This document shows, piece after piece, positions 1 to 10,760 of a DNA stretch of 64,000 nucleotides; position 1 is the first letter of the stretch; each line of letters begins with the position of its first letter. Below the pieces are notes generated by a model. That model worked only from the letters and a program-made list of their open reading frames with translations. It was not told the DNA's origin and searched no databases. Source of the DNA: Hypanus sabinus (Eukaryota). Position numbers and translations under genes: made by a program. The DNA lies in assembly GCF_030144855.1 (NCBI RefSeq), contig NC_082719.1, forward strand, positions 7,502,001 through 7,566,000. Direction: 5' to 3'.

Positions 1-287
1 CTGAGTGTTAGCTTGTCTCTCTGGCCACTTCAACAATATAAATTCAAATTCAACACTTCTTCTTATGAGATCAGTGCTCTGGCACAAAAACACTAACTAT
101 TTTTCTTACCACAACTATTGCTTAACCTGCTGAAGGTTTCCAGCACTTTGTTTTTTTTAAAAAACAAATTTCTAGAACCTGCAGTTTTCATTTGCTTTCT
201 GACAGAGGTGCAATGTACAATTGACTCATTACTGTCTTTGATCTTTTGAATGAATGGCTAGCAATTTCCAGCAATTCCTATTACTAC

Positions 288-861
288 TTACATAACCATA
301 TAACAATTACAGCACGGAAACAGGCTATCTTGGCCCTTCTAGTCCGTGCTGAACGCTTACTCTCACATAGTCCCACTGACCCACACTCAGCCCATAACTC
401 TCCATTCCTTTTCTATCCATATACCTATCCAATTTTTTAAAAATGACAATACCAAACCTGCCTCTACCACTTCTACCGGAAGCTCGTTCCACGCAGTTAC
501 CATTCTCTGAGTAAAGAAATTTCCCCTCGTGTTACCGTTAAACTTTTGCCCCCTAACTCTCAACTCATGTCCTCTTGTTTGAATCTCCCCTACTCTTAAT
601 GGAAAAAAGTCAACTCTATCTATCCCCCTCATAATTTTAAATACCTCTATCAAGTCCCCCCTCAACCTTCTAAGCTCCAAAGAGTAAAGACCTAACTTGT
701 TCAATCTTTTCTTGTAACTTAGGTGCTGAAACTCAGGTAAGACTCTAGTAAATCTTCTCTGTACTCTCTCTATTTTGTTGACATCTTTCCTATAATTCGG
801 TGACCAGAACTGTACACAATACTACAAATTCAGCCTTACCAATGCCTTGACAAATTTAGAT
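288..861 (-). mobile_element. 5'-truncated CR1 LINE (also 11263-11836 and 22236-22809; absent upstream of copy C)
   Basis: ORF2 C-terminus LGLYSLELRRLRGDLIEVFKIMRG...TRGH...FFTQRMVTAWNELP. The empty site is visible at about 32786. Confidence 0.92.
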
Positions 862-1779
862 TTCTGTGGAAATCTAAATCTTTGTGATGGGCAGCGATTT
901 TAACAGCGTCTTTAGTTCACTTGCACTGTAACTATTAAGTTGCTAGGTTGTGCAATACCCAACAATCCTGTAGATGGAGTAAGATCGCAATACATCTGGT
1001 CAAAACCAGATAGTCTGATCCTTGACAGTTTCCGAGTTTGTTGCCCAAGTACTTACAGTCATATCCACCTAACTCATGTGTCTGACCATTGCCTCCTACT
1101 GGCTGACTATTAACTCCAGGAAGATCAGAAAGATGGAATAGAGGTTTGGAAGCTGAATGTGAAACTGGTGATACAGAAAACATTAAGGAACGATGAAGGA
1201 TTATGCAGCTTAACAAACCATGAAACCCTCCAACCATACCTCCAATTAATTTGATTACGTAAAAGTCCAAAGTATATTTATTATCAAAGTATGTGTACTT
1301 CATATAACCTTGAGATTCATCTCCTTACAGGCAGCTACAAAACAAAGAAACCCAATAGAACCCATTAAAACAGAAGAAAACTGTCAAACACACAATGTGC
1401 AGAGAGAAATAAAAGCAAATTGTGCAAACAATAAAAGTAAGCAAATAGCATTCAGAACTAAAGTTCATCAAACCAGGCATCATTGCATCTGAATCAAAGT
1501 GCATTACTTACAGATCACAGCCTCAGTTCAGCCCAGAGATGAGTAAACCTCTGGCCCCGACACCCTGACCATTTCAATCTGGCCCAGAAGTGAAATCGTC
1601 CAAACCTTTTGTCGTTCTTTGCCGTTGGTCTGGGGCCCTGCCACATCCATACAGTCTCATGCCCGAGCCCCACTCCCTCAATTCAGCTCATACCTGACCT
1701 TTCGAATCTGGCTCAAAATATAAATTGATCAAACCTCAGGTCTTGAGGAACATAGATTTCTTGTGCAACAGCTGGAGCA

Positions 1780-2450
1780 CCAAAATAATGATGAGAGTTT
1801 GAATGCTTGCTTCTTCGCACTGAAGTGTACTGGCTGTCAAAAGGGTGCCGCTTAAAATGTTTCTTTGATCTTTTAGACTCTGTGATTGAATCTTTGCTCA
1901 AAGCCATCAAGAGCTTCAGAAACAAGATTGAACTTCTATGTGGAGATGTGGCACACCTAGGCGATCCACATGACAAAATGACCATTCTAGATATGAAACT
2001 GCAGGGTGAGAGTATCAATTTAATCCTGACAAAAAGTGCAGTGTCCACTTTTATAAGAAAATTGGAAATATATAAGCAAGCCATTGGGAGAAGAATGTTC
2101 TCACAGTTCCCCTGCATGAAAAGTATGGCACTCTCTTTCACAGATGGTGATTTGCAAGAGTACTGCTTACGCCTGTAGTCACTGAAGAAGGATTTTCAGA
2201 ATTGATTCAAGGATTTGAACAATCTGGAAATTCCGGACTGAGTAAATTGGAGAAAAGCCAAACTGCTCTTCATTGCATTTCCATCTTTCTACCTTGTTAA
2301 AAGAGGGTTCAGTGCAGTGAACCAGACACTCACCAAAAACAGAAACCATTTGGACTTTGTTACGCTAGGTGACTTGAAGCTTTTGCTGTCATAGCTTGAG
2401 CAGATATTTCAACTCTTGCTAAAAACCATCAAGCTCAAGGATCACATTGA
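1780..2450 (+). mobile_element. hAT-Charlie/Buster-type transposase fragment (also 12755-13425, 23728-24398 and about 33465-34053)
   Basis: LLLRTEVYWLSKG motif and degraded C-terminal dimerisation region (LLFIAFPSFYLVKRGFSAV...GDLKLLL...HQAQGSH), with in-frame stops. Confidence 0.8.
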
Positions 2451-2477
2451 TATCGAAGCTGCTGTACAGTTCTGTTG

Positions 2478-3422
2478 TACTTCCAGCATCTCCAACAGGA
2501 TCCCCCCAATACCAGGCATATCTTTCCCTTCCCTACCTCACCCCCTCCCTACTTTCTGCTTTCTAAAGTGGTTACTCATTATGCAACTCACTTGACAATC
2601 CATCCCTCCCCACTGATCTCCCTCCTTGCATTTACCCTTGCAAGTGGAACAAGTGCTACACATGCCCCTACACCTCCTTCCTCAACACCATTCAGGGCCC
2701 CAAACATTCCTTCCAGGTGAGGCGACACTTCACCTGTGAGTCGGCTGGTGTGGTATACTGCGTCCGGTGCTCCCGGTGTGGCCCTCTATATATTGCTGAG
2801 ACCCGATGCAGACTGGGATACCGTTTTGTTGAACACCTACGCTCTGTCCGCCAGAGAAAGCAGGATCTCCCAGTGGCCACACATTTTAATTCCACGTCCC
2901 ATTCCCATTCTGATATGTCTATCCATGGCCTCCTCTACTGTCAAGATGAAGCCACACTCCGGTTATAGAAACGAGACCTTATATTCCGTCTGTGTAGCCT
3001 CCAACCTGATGTCATGAACTTTGATTTCTCTAACTTCCATTAATGCCCCTCCTCCCCTTCTTACACCATCCCTAACTTTTCTCTCTCTCTTTCCCTCTCA
3101 CAATAACTCGTTGCCTGTTCTCCATCTTCCTCTGGTGTCTCCTCCCCCTTTCTTTCTTCAAAGGCCTTCCATCCTATGATACTCCCCTTCTCCGGCCTTG
3201 TATCCCTATTTCCAATCAACTTTCCAGCTCTTAGCTTCATCCCTCCCTCTCCTGTCTTCTCCTATCATTTTGGGTCTCCCTCCTACTCTCCCACTTTCAA
3301 ATCTCTTACTATTTCTTTTTTCTATTCGTCCTGACAAAGGGTCTCGACCCGAAACGTCAACTGTACTTCTTCCTATCGATGCTGCCTGGCCTGCTGCGTT
3401 CCACCACCATTTTGTGTGTGTT
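2478..3422 (+). mobile_element. Penelope-like element 3' part (GIY-YIG), chimeric across the array junction (also 13453-14397 and 24426-25370)
   Basis: FTCESAGVVYCVRCSRCGPLYIAETRCRLGYRFVEHLRSV...PVATHFN is a GIY-YIG endonuclease. It is followed by a pyrimidine-rich 3' region and a terminal motif with a degenerate hammerhead core at about 3327-3363. Confidence 0.88.
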
Positions 3423-3599
3423 TCCCAAAGGGAATGTTGCTTTTAAATAATCAAGAGCTTATATTCATGTCAAATTAATTTATTCTAATGTGACAAACTG
3501 CAATTACTTTGAGGTTTTTGATATTAACCGATCTCAGATGACCAGTGCTCAAAGTAATTGATTATGAAGTATTTCTACTGTAGAATGAGAAAACCACAG

Positions 3600-3880
3600 T
3601 ACAAAAAGTATTTACGTTTTTAGTGTCATTTGTTCAATACGTATGATAGTGTAAACACTTATTTTTAACCTTAACACCATTGCCGTTCATGTGCCTGCCC
3701 CCCTCCCCCCCCCCCCCCCAGTTAATACACACTTCCAATATTCAATATTTCAATATCTGGTAGTGAAAGGACACTAGACTGTGTTTCTTCCCCATAAAAC
3801 CTAATCATTGGCTGCACCAAGCTTCAGTACATCCTTCAGCATGTACTCCAGTAGCCTGGAATGTCCCAGTCAGCATCTCA
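3600..3880 (-). mobile_element. Tx1-like LINE 3' end (also at +10973 and +21947; related piece about 54360-54640)
   Basis: Minus strand reads LGHSRLLEYMLKDVLKLGAAN..VLWGRNTV*, a typical Tx1 ORF2 C-terminus, followed by a G-rich 3' UTR. Confidence 0.65.
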
Positions 3881-4127
3881 CTGTCCAGGCTTCCAACAGA
3901 GTGCACGTGTTGATGTTGAATGAAGTTCTTGTCCTTAGACGTTGAGAGTTCTTAACCATGCTGAACCAAGCAGCTGGGCCCAACCCCCCTCTCTCTCTCT
4001 CTCAGTGTTTTAATTTCTCTAGTCCGTCCAAGTTTCACATAACTTGTTACCCTTTACATCCCGTAGGTTTACTTAATGTATTGTTGTTTATCCCATTAAG
4101 TAGTGTTGGTGTCTGTCTCAATCATTA

Positions 4128-4324
4128 GAATCTCTGCAGATTCTGGAAATCCAGGCAGCACACACAAAATGCTGGAGGAACTCAGCAGACAGGCAACATC
4201 TATGGAAAAGAGTAAACAGTCAACATTTCAGGCAGAGAACTTGCAAATACTGGAAATGTCAACTGTTTACTCTTTATAGATGCTGCCTGGCCTGCTGAGT
4301 TCCTCCAGCAGTTTGTGTGTGCTG
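4128..4324. mobile_element. Palindromic non-autonomous element made of two inverted Penelope-like 3' termini (also 15101-15297 and 26075-26271)
   Basis: Arms cagcacacacaaaatgctggaggaactcagcag… and …ctgctgagttcctccagcagtttgtgtgtgctg match the PLE terminus at about 3360-3422. Confidence 0.75.
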
Positions 4325-4489
4325 GTGTCTATCTGCCTATTTCATGAGTAAATGTGTCATCTTTATCTTGGTACCATTCACCCATTGGCATCGGGTCAAT
4401 CCGTCTTTTACACTGTCTCTATGACTTTGTCCTGTTTCCATTGTATGGATTTTACCACAAAGATACTGGTCTATATTTTGTACTTATTT

Positions 4490-4733
4490 TTTGATATACA
4501 GTGTGGAGTCGATCCTTCTGGGTCTCTAGGGTGTGCTGCTTAGCATCCCCCAGATTTAATCCTAGCCTAATCAGGGGGCAATTTACAATGACCAACTTAC
4601 CTACCAACTGGTATGTCTTTGGACTATTAGATTAAACCAGAGAAATGGGAGGAAACCTGTGAGGTCACAGGGAGAACATACAAACTTCTTACAGGCTGTG
4701 GCTGCTGGTGCTAACTACTATGCTAGCATGCCA
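4490..4733 (-). mobile_element. V-SINE/HE1-like SINE, degraded (also at +10973 and +21947)
   Basis: Homologous to the SINE at 8462-8692 (gatttaa.cctagccta.tca..g.caatttacaatga). Confidence 0.7.
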
Positions 4734-5854
4734 TCCCGCAAAAGTATCCTATGAAGTTGAGACACACAAGGACCACTATCTTTGTCAACAGATCCAGGTC
4801 CTCCTCTGCATCTTGCACTTCAATATGCCCTGTGCATAAGAACATGCAAAAGTGGAGCAGAACCAGACAAGATTCTTACTAAACTTTTATTGCAATTATC
4901 TTCATGTCACTTGATTTCCTTATTGCTCAGGCATCAGAATTTGGGTTTAACAGATGATTGAGCTTCCACATTTATCCAGGGATTGAAAATTCTGAGGATT
5001 ACTCACCCCACAGCCTTGTGAAGAAATTTCTCCTCATCTAAATTATGTATAGTTTATCCTTTATTTGGGGATGTATCCACTTGTTATATTCTCCACAAAA
5101 GGGGAAACAGCCTCCCTCGCTCCATATCCTTTATTTGGGATGTTACCAATTCTTATACACTCAACAGGGAAAATAGCCTCCTTGGCTCCAGTCTTATAGG
5201 AATGCTGTGAGCTTTAATGGGATATTATTTTACTTTTCTTAATTCCAGAGAATACATGATGAGTTTACTCATTTTATCTACTTGCATTTACAGCATCCAC
5301 GTGACCTGATTGTGGATGATCATGGTGTCACTATAATTTCTGTGGACTTGCTTCCCATCCGCACCTTCAGCAACTCTGCTTCATATTTCCACACTGATGG
5401 CTATTTCTCTCTCTCCTTTTTGAAGTTTAAGTTCAAAGAGTTTTGCTTGAATCCTGTTTTGCTAACAGCACACATTATTGAAGCCATAGCACGTGATCTA
5501 AAATATCTGAAAATCTCATGTTTTAGCATACGTGCTTTCTGGTCACTGGTTGCAGTTGTTTAATTTGCAACTCTTAGAACTTTTGAAGACACTTTGTTAA
5601 AATATTTCAAAATTTTCACAACATTCTTGTAAGGAGACTCATATTACAAAGTTAATAAATTCACAGATGATCCGGATGTCCCTAGCTCATGTGATAGTAA
5701 TATTAAACCTCCTTTCTGCTTTCGGGTCCCCGATTATACTGTTCATGCTCAAGAATATCTCAACTTACTTGGCCACAGGGTAAATCATTGAGGCTTCTGA
5801 TACTTCTCAGGTTAATCACCATTGTCCACTGCCTATCATTAATGTTACTGTAAT

Positions 5855-5930
5855 CAGGAGTTGCAAACGTTTCTTATGCCACAGACTCCTACTATTAACT
5901 GAGGTGTCTGTGGCCCCCAGGTTGGGAACT
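5855..5930. mobile_element. Small hAT-like MITE remnant
   Basis: caggagttgcaaacg…ggttgggaac resembles imperfect CAGGGGTTCCCAACC-type TIRs; degraded. Confidence 0.4.
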
Positions 5931-6059
5931 GAAAATCCACCTCACAAACTTTGCGTTCTGTTTGTGTCCTGCTACTTCCCCAAGCAGCAACAACCTATAT
6001 TGGTCTTTACACTGAGGATCTGTACATTACATTACTGGTCAGTAGAGTGATTGACAAGA

Positions 6060-6090
6060 ACAGAGCTTCAGAATAAAAGACTTTATTGAG
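6060..6090 (-). terminator. Candidate distal polyadenylation site of the chemokine gene (also about 17033-17063 and 28007-28037)
   Basis: AATAAA on the minus strand at 6087-6082, followed by T/GT-rich sequence and preceded by AT-rich TGTA-containing sequence. An alternative ATTAAA lies at 7246-7241. Confidence 0.45.
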
Positions 6091-6831
6091 TGTAGACAAC
6101 TAAGAACAGTGCATGGTTTGTCAAAGCATCAACATTTATATCAACTGTTACACTGGTTTTGAAGATACACATACACTCACATTCTACATTCATAGTGGTA
6201 ACATAACCCAGGTATATGTGTAAGGACTTGTAATGATACATACAAAAGTTGAATGAAATATTGAAAAAAAAAGAGCAGTTACTGCAATTGTACATTAACA
6301 CAGTCTAATTAATAAATGCACCTTCAACTATTTAAACTATAAAATCTGGTTACAAAATAATTTGTCATATGGTTTCTAATAGTGTAACAATTTATCAGGT
6401 GCTACCTTCCATTCAGGACATGGAAGAATGGGCTAGAAATTTACGATTCAGGCGATTTTAATAATAAACCTGATCATTGATGATCAATTCATGTTTGTGA
6501 AAGATGATGTGGGTTTTGCATGCTAGTACAGGTTGAGCCTAAAAGAGGGACTGTGCATTTTCCCTTCTGGGTAGGCCCCAAGTTAAGTGTTTTTCCTTGT
6601 CTCCATTTCCCTCCAAAATGCTTCTGCTTTTGTTTTCAGAGAAGTTAGCTGCTCTTTATGTGTTCCTGAAGCTATACCCACTCACCTCATGTCCAACTGA
6701 TCATCATCACCTTTTCAAATCAGACTACCCCACACAGCAACAAAATACATCCCTTCTGGCTTCCTCCAGCAGTGACACAATGCTCTTTCTGTTGTATGGC
6801 TTCTGGTAGTTGGGGCTGAGGGGGAGGGATG

Positions 6832-7048
6832 TGTGGTGAACTACGTATACCTGTCTGGACACGCCCTCTGCTGACTGCTCCTGTGGCTCCTCCCACAGAC
6901 CCCTGGATAAAGGCGATCAAGGCCTGAGCCCGGCCTCTCAGTCTCCAGGATGTAGTATGGTGGTCACTCACTGTTTGTTCCTTCTTCCAGTCAATAAGAG
7001 CCAATATCTTGCCTTCACGTCTCAGAGTGAGTTATTGATGGTGCATCA
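6832..7048 (+). mobile_element. Solo LTR, 217 bp (also 17805-18021 and 28779-28995)
   Basis: TG…CA ends, 5-bp TSD GGATG (6827-6831 and 7049-7053), TATA-like GATAAA at 6906, polyA-like AATAAG/AATAAA at 6993. Confidence 0.82.
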
Positions 7049-7594
7049 GGATGGAGATATTTGAGGTGCCCCAACAGAAAGTAAACACATTTGCCCCTCC
7101 CATAAACGGAGACACTTTAACTCACTGTTTTTAAGAAGCCCGTCATGTTCTAGCCCAATGCATTGAATTCATGTTATCATTGTATCCAATTACATTATAA
7201 ACCTTAACATCTAGTAGTCAAACACTGGTTACTGTTCAAATTTAATAGCTTAAAACATGCATCTTCAAACATTCCATCGATTTAACTCTATTGAAGAAAT
7301 AATTGTTTGATATTTATCAACAATAAAAAATAAAATTCCATTGCATTTCTACACTTGTATCATTGTAAATTATTGACAAACATATATTGGTATATTAATA
7401 TTTATGGCTCAGGTGCTACATAGAGGAGATAAAGACAATGAACAAATGACAAAGATTTGTGAGGATTTCATACATTTCTATGTATGTAGTCAATAGACAA
7501 ACAGAACATTTCAGCTATGGACAGGACTATTACGATGTGCTTTAATGACAATTGTTTGGCTCATTACTCTGCTTTTTGCAAGGGACACTTTGTT

Positions 7595-10500
7595 TCATTC
7601 GGCCAATGGACTTGCTGCAGTGGTTGGCAGAGACGCTTCATTGCTTTTCTTTCTAGGAAATACCAGAACGAAAGATAAAGTGAGTTTGAAACATTAGTTT
7701 GGTTCTAATTGAAATTTACCAGATACCTATTGATTCCTGCTGGGAGATCAGACTTTAAAGAATTCACTTGGGTGGACATAGAAGATTCAATACTTTATCA
7801 GTATTATCACAATGGCTTATTCTTCAGACGACCGAAATAAAAATAAATTATTTGATCATTTTCAGAAGGCAACTTGCCAAGTGCAAGTAGGCTGCTGTGT
7901 TTTCCATGTAACATCCTTGATAACACAAAGCCTGCAAAGTCTTTTGAAATATTTTCATTGAGAGGAAAAAGACCAAGTACTCTGAACTGGCAACCGAAGC
8001 TGCTCAGAATGGCTGGAAGACCAAGATTTTCCCTGTAGAAGTGGGATGTAGGGGATTCGTAGCTACATCTATTGAAGAAGGTGGGGGTGAGGGGTGTCTC
8101 CCTCCAACAAGCAGTCAAGTCCTTGTCAAACGCAGCAGAGGAAAGCAGCAATTGGATTTGGATTAAAAGGAAAGAGAACAACTGGGCTGCAAGATGAAGA
8201 CAGGAGGGTACGGAAATGAGGGGGGTGTATCTGGGACGCCTGGTAGTACCGTTGAGCCCTCTGGAGTCGTCGTGGGCTTATCAATGAAATGTCAAAGAAG
8301 GAGGGTGCCCACCAGATGACCCCGACGACGTAGCTACCCTCCTCGTCACCACTCCAAGCCACTGCCAACATCGAGAGGGCCGACTTTATCATTGGGATTG
8401 AAACATCAAGTCCTAGTAGCTCTACTGATCTTCTAATATTTCAATATTTTGAAATATTTATTTATTGAAATACAGTGCAGAATAGGCCCTCCTGGCTGGT
8501 CGAGTCACAGCACCCAGCCATCTCCCGATTTAACCCTAGCCTAGTCACAGGACAATTTACAATGATCAATGAACCTACCAATGGTCTGTGGGAGGAAACC
8601 CATGCAGACACGGGGAGATTGTACAAACTCCTTACAGGCAGTGGCGGGAATTGAACCCGGATCACCTGTACTGTAAATTGTTGTTCTAATGTCCTGAAAG
8701 ACATTCTATAATTCTATGTATTTTTCTCACATTAATAATGTGCTTAATTGAACTTAAGTAGTGCATTATGCACGTGTAGATAACTGGTCTTGCATGCAAA
8801 TAAAATTCAGATGATACAAGACAAAGTGAATAACTTTGCTAAAACGAACAGGGTTTACCTTTCAGTCAAGATATTAATAACTTTTTTGACCCATTCGGTT
8901 TCAGGATTCACACAGACCTTTGCACCTGTCTTCAGGGTAATTCTGTGATGCACAATGAGAAAATGTTTTGGTTAAAATAAAGAAGATATGGCACTGTTTC
9001 CTGTAAATGAGTTTTCTTTCATAATTTATATGAACAGTGGTTTAAAATATACATTGAACAAAAGACAGCCAATAAATGAATACATTCAATGGCAATTTCA
9101 GAAAGAAGGGCCATTATGCAAACAGATGTAAAATTCTGATAAATTACAGACATACCTTAGACAGCTGAAAGATTTGTTGTTTTAAAATACTGAATGAAAA
9201 TAGATCATGTTAAGGACAAACTTAGATATTAGAATATATTCTGATATGTTTATATCAACATTTCCGCACACTTACTGAGTAAGGAGTCGACATAAATGTG
9301 TGATTTCAATCGTATCAGTGTGAGAAGCTTACTTAAGATAATGTAAAATGTATTAATCCACCTGCTAATTCTGCAAAAATCAAACAAACTATAGTTTTTC
9401 AGACTTGTGCACTTAAATTCTTAGATTCACTATAGGAGGCTGAAATTTGTACTTACACAATCTCCACCTTTCTGCAGTGGGGACCCTGAGGAAAGATCTC
9501 GATATGTTGAAACTTTTTGGGATGAATGAGATGAGATGTAGTTTTCACACATCTGCATCTTGTGATTTTTTGACTGGTTGCACACAATCCTTTTATGAAA
9601 GGAAAAGAAAAAGAAGGGTCTACAATTGTGCCAAGGAAATTAAAAGTAGCTGAAAAAAATTGCTGACATGTTGCAAACTGCTTCCTTGAATAATACAACA
9701 TAGAAAATTCAGTTTTAGATGCAGTTTTCCTAATTCCCATACTGTTCCAAAATCTTATGCAGTTACTAAATGTATATAATGGCCTACTTATTATTAATAT
9801 GCACAATCCTTCCCCGATTTACCTGCAAATAAAAGGGAAAAATACATGCCTTCCTGCTGCATTCTGTAAAGGTAAGAATCATAACTTTGAGTATCTGCCG
9901 TTGACATAAACCTTGTCTACTAACGGAAAAGATTTGCAAACCAGGTCTCAGTACTTCATTGAATTGGTTGCTATCCTGTTTTGGGCACAAGCTCGATACA
10001 GAGTGGACTCTGAATAAGAGAAAGTCTTTGAATAATTTGGAACTGTAGATGAAAATATATGGTAACAACATGATAAATTATCAGTGGTGATTGCTTCTCA
10101 CTTCAGTCTAGATTACCAGCTTGATTGGATCCAATCTTATCTACAATGACTCATCTCAAGGCTTTATAATTGGCCACTGAAACTCCCCGAGAAGGTCAGC
10201 TATTTTAATTCTTTATAATCAGAGTAGTGCCAACATAGATTAATTTTATTGGATGTTTAAGGTATAATGGATTTTATTTCATATATGAGACAGAAAATGA
10301 GAAGTTGATACAAACTATTTGTCTCATATATGAGACAGTAATCTTCTGTACTCACTTACCTTTTAAATGAGAAGTTGATGCAAACTATTTCTATGAAAGT
10401 ATTCAAACAGTATATGGCACAATCATATACTTCTCAAATATTTACAATGATCATTCACACTTACTTTGCAGTAGTAACATAAACATGTATCTTGCTCCAG

Positions 10501-10635
10501 AAACAATTAAGTCCATCGTGAATCATAATTGCCAATCTTCCAGTTTTAATTTAAACTGCATGGCTAGTACTTACCATGAGCAGCTAGGCAAACTACAGCT
10601 ACCGCCACCAACAAAAACGTGGTCTGAGTCTTCAT
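7595..10635 (-). CDS. cxcl8-like: CXC chemokine, CXCL8/IL-8-like, ELR-negative, copy A (4 exons, 111 aa)
   Basis: Hand-spliced exons 10635-10575, 9589-9457, 8942-8859 and 7652-7595 (61+133+84+58 = 336 nt). All introns are GT-AG, phases 1/2/2 as in vertebrate CXC chemokine genes. Protein: MKTQTTFLLVAVAVVCLAAHGLCATSQKITRCRCVKTTSHLIHPKKFQHIEIFPQGPHCRKVEIVITLKTGAKVCVNPETEWVKKVINILTERKKSNEASLPTTAASPLAE. It has a signal peptide, CRC, HPK, GPHC and CVNP..WV motifs. Orthology to CXCL8 proper is not established. Confidence 0.93.
7958..8425 (+). mobile_element. 5'-truncated HERO/R2-group non-LTR retrotransposon (restriction-like endonuclease C-terminus and 3' UTR) in chemokine intron 3 (also 18931-19398 and 29905-30372)
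   Basis: ERKKTKYSELATEAAQNGWKTKIFPVEVGCRGFVATS, then a frameshift, then LLKKVGVRGVSLQQAVKSLSNAAEESSNWIWIKRKENNWAAR* (stop at 8195-8197). These match the K..KY and PVEVGCRG REL motifs. Confidence 0.8.
8462..8692 (-). mobile_element. tRNA-derived V-SINE/HE1-like SINE in chemokine intron 3 (also at +10973 and +21947)
   Basis: B-box GGTTCAATTCC, then the core ...ctccccgtgtctgcatgggtttcctcc, and an A-rich tail. Confidence 0.8.
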
Positions 10636-10699
10636 CGTCAGCAAGTCTGTATGACTTTTGTTCTTCAGTCAGCAGCTGGCAACCTTCAGAGTGTCTTGG

Positions 10700-10760
10700 T
10701 TTGGCATATCAGACTTGTATTTATCTGCAAGTACAAAGGAAGTTATGACATCAGAGAAAA
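10700..10760 (-). promoter_or_regulatory. Proximal promoter of chemokine copy A (same sequence upstream of copies B and C)
   Basis: TATA-like GATAAATA (10725-10718) about 85 nt upstream of the ATG. ETS core AAAGGAAGT at 10735-10743. CRE/AP-1-like TGACATCA at 10746-10753. Confidence 0.55.

Noticed and set aside
1807-2178. Domesticated ZBED/SCAND3-like gene
   Set aside because: Fragment with stops and deletions, no exon structure; a transposon fossil.
3327-3363. Active hammerhead ribozyme at each array junction element
   Set aside because: The core reads CTGACAA (conserved G8 mutated) and stem I is mismatched, so it is probably inactive.
5056-5190. About 68-bp imperfect tandem duplication
   Set aside because: Old local duplication inside a degraded CR1-like fragment; no sign of function.
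8462-8692. tRNA gene (B-box GGTTCAATTCC); likewise 47408-47518
   Set aside because: These are SINE heads followed by SINE body sequence; no complete cloverleaf.
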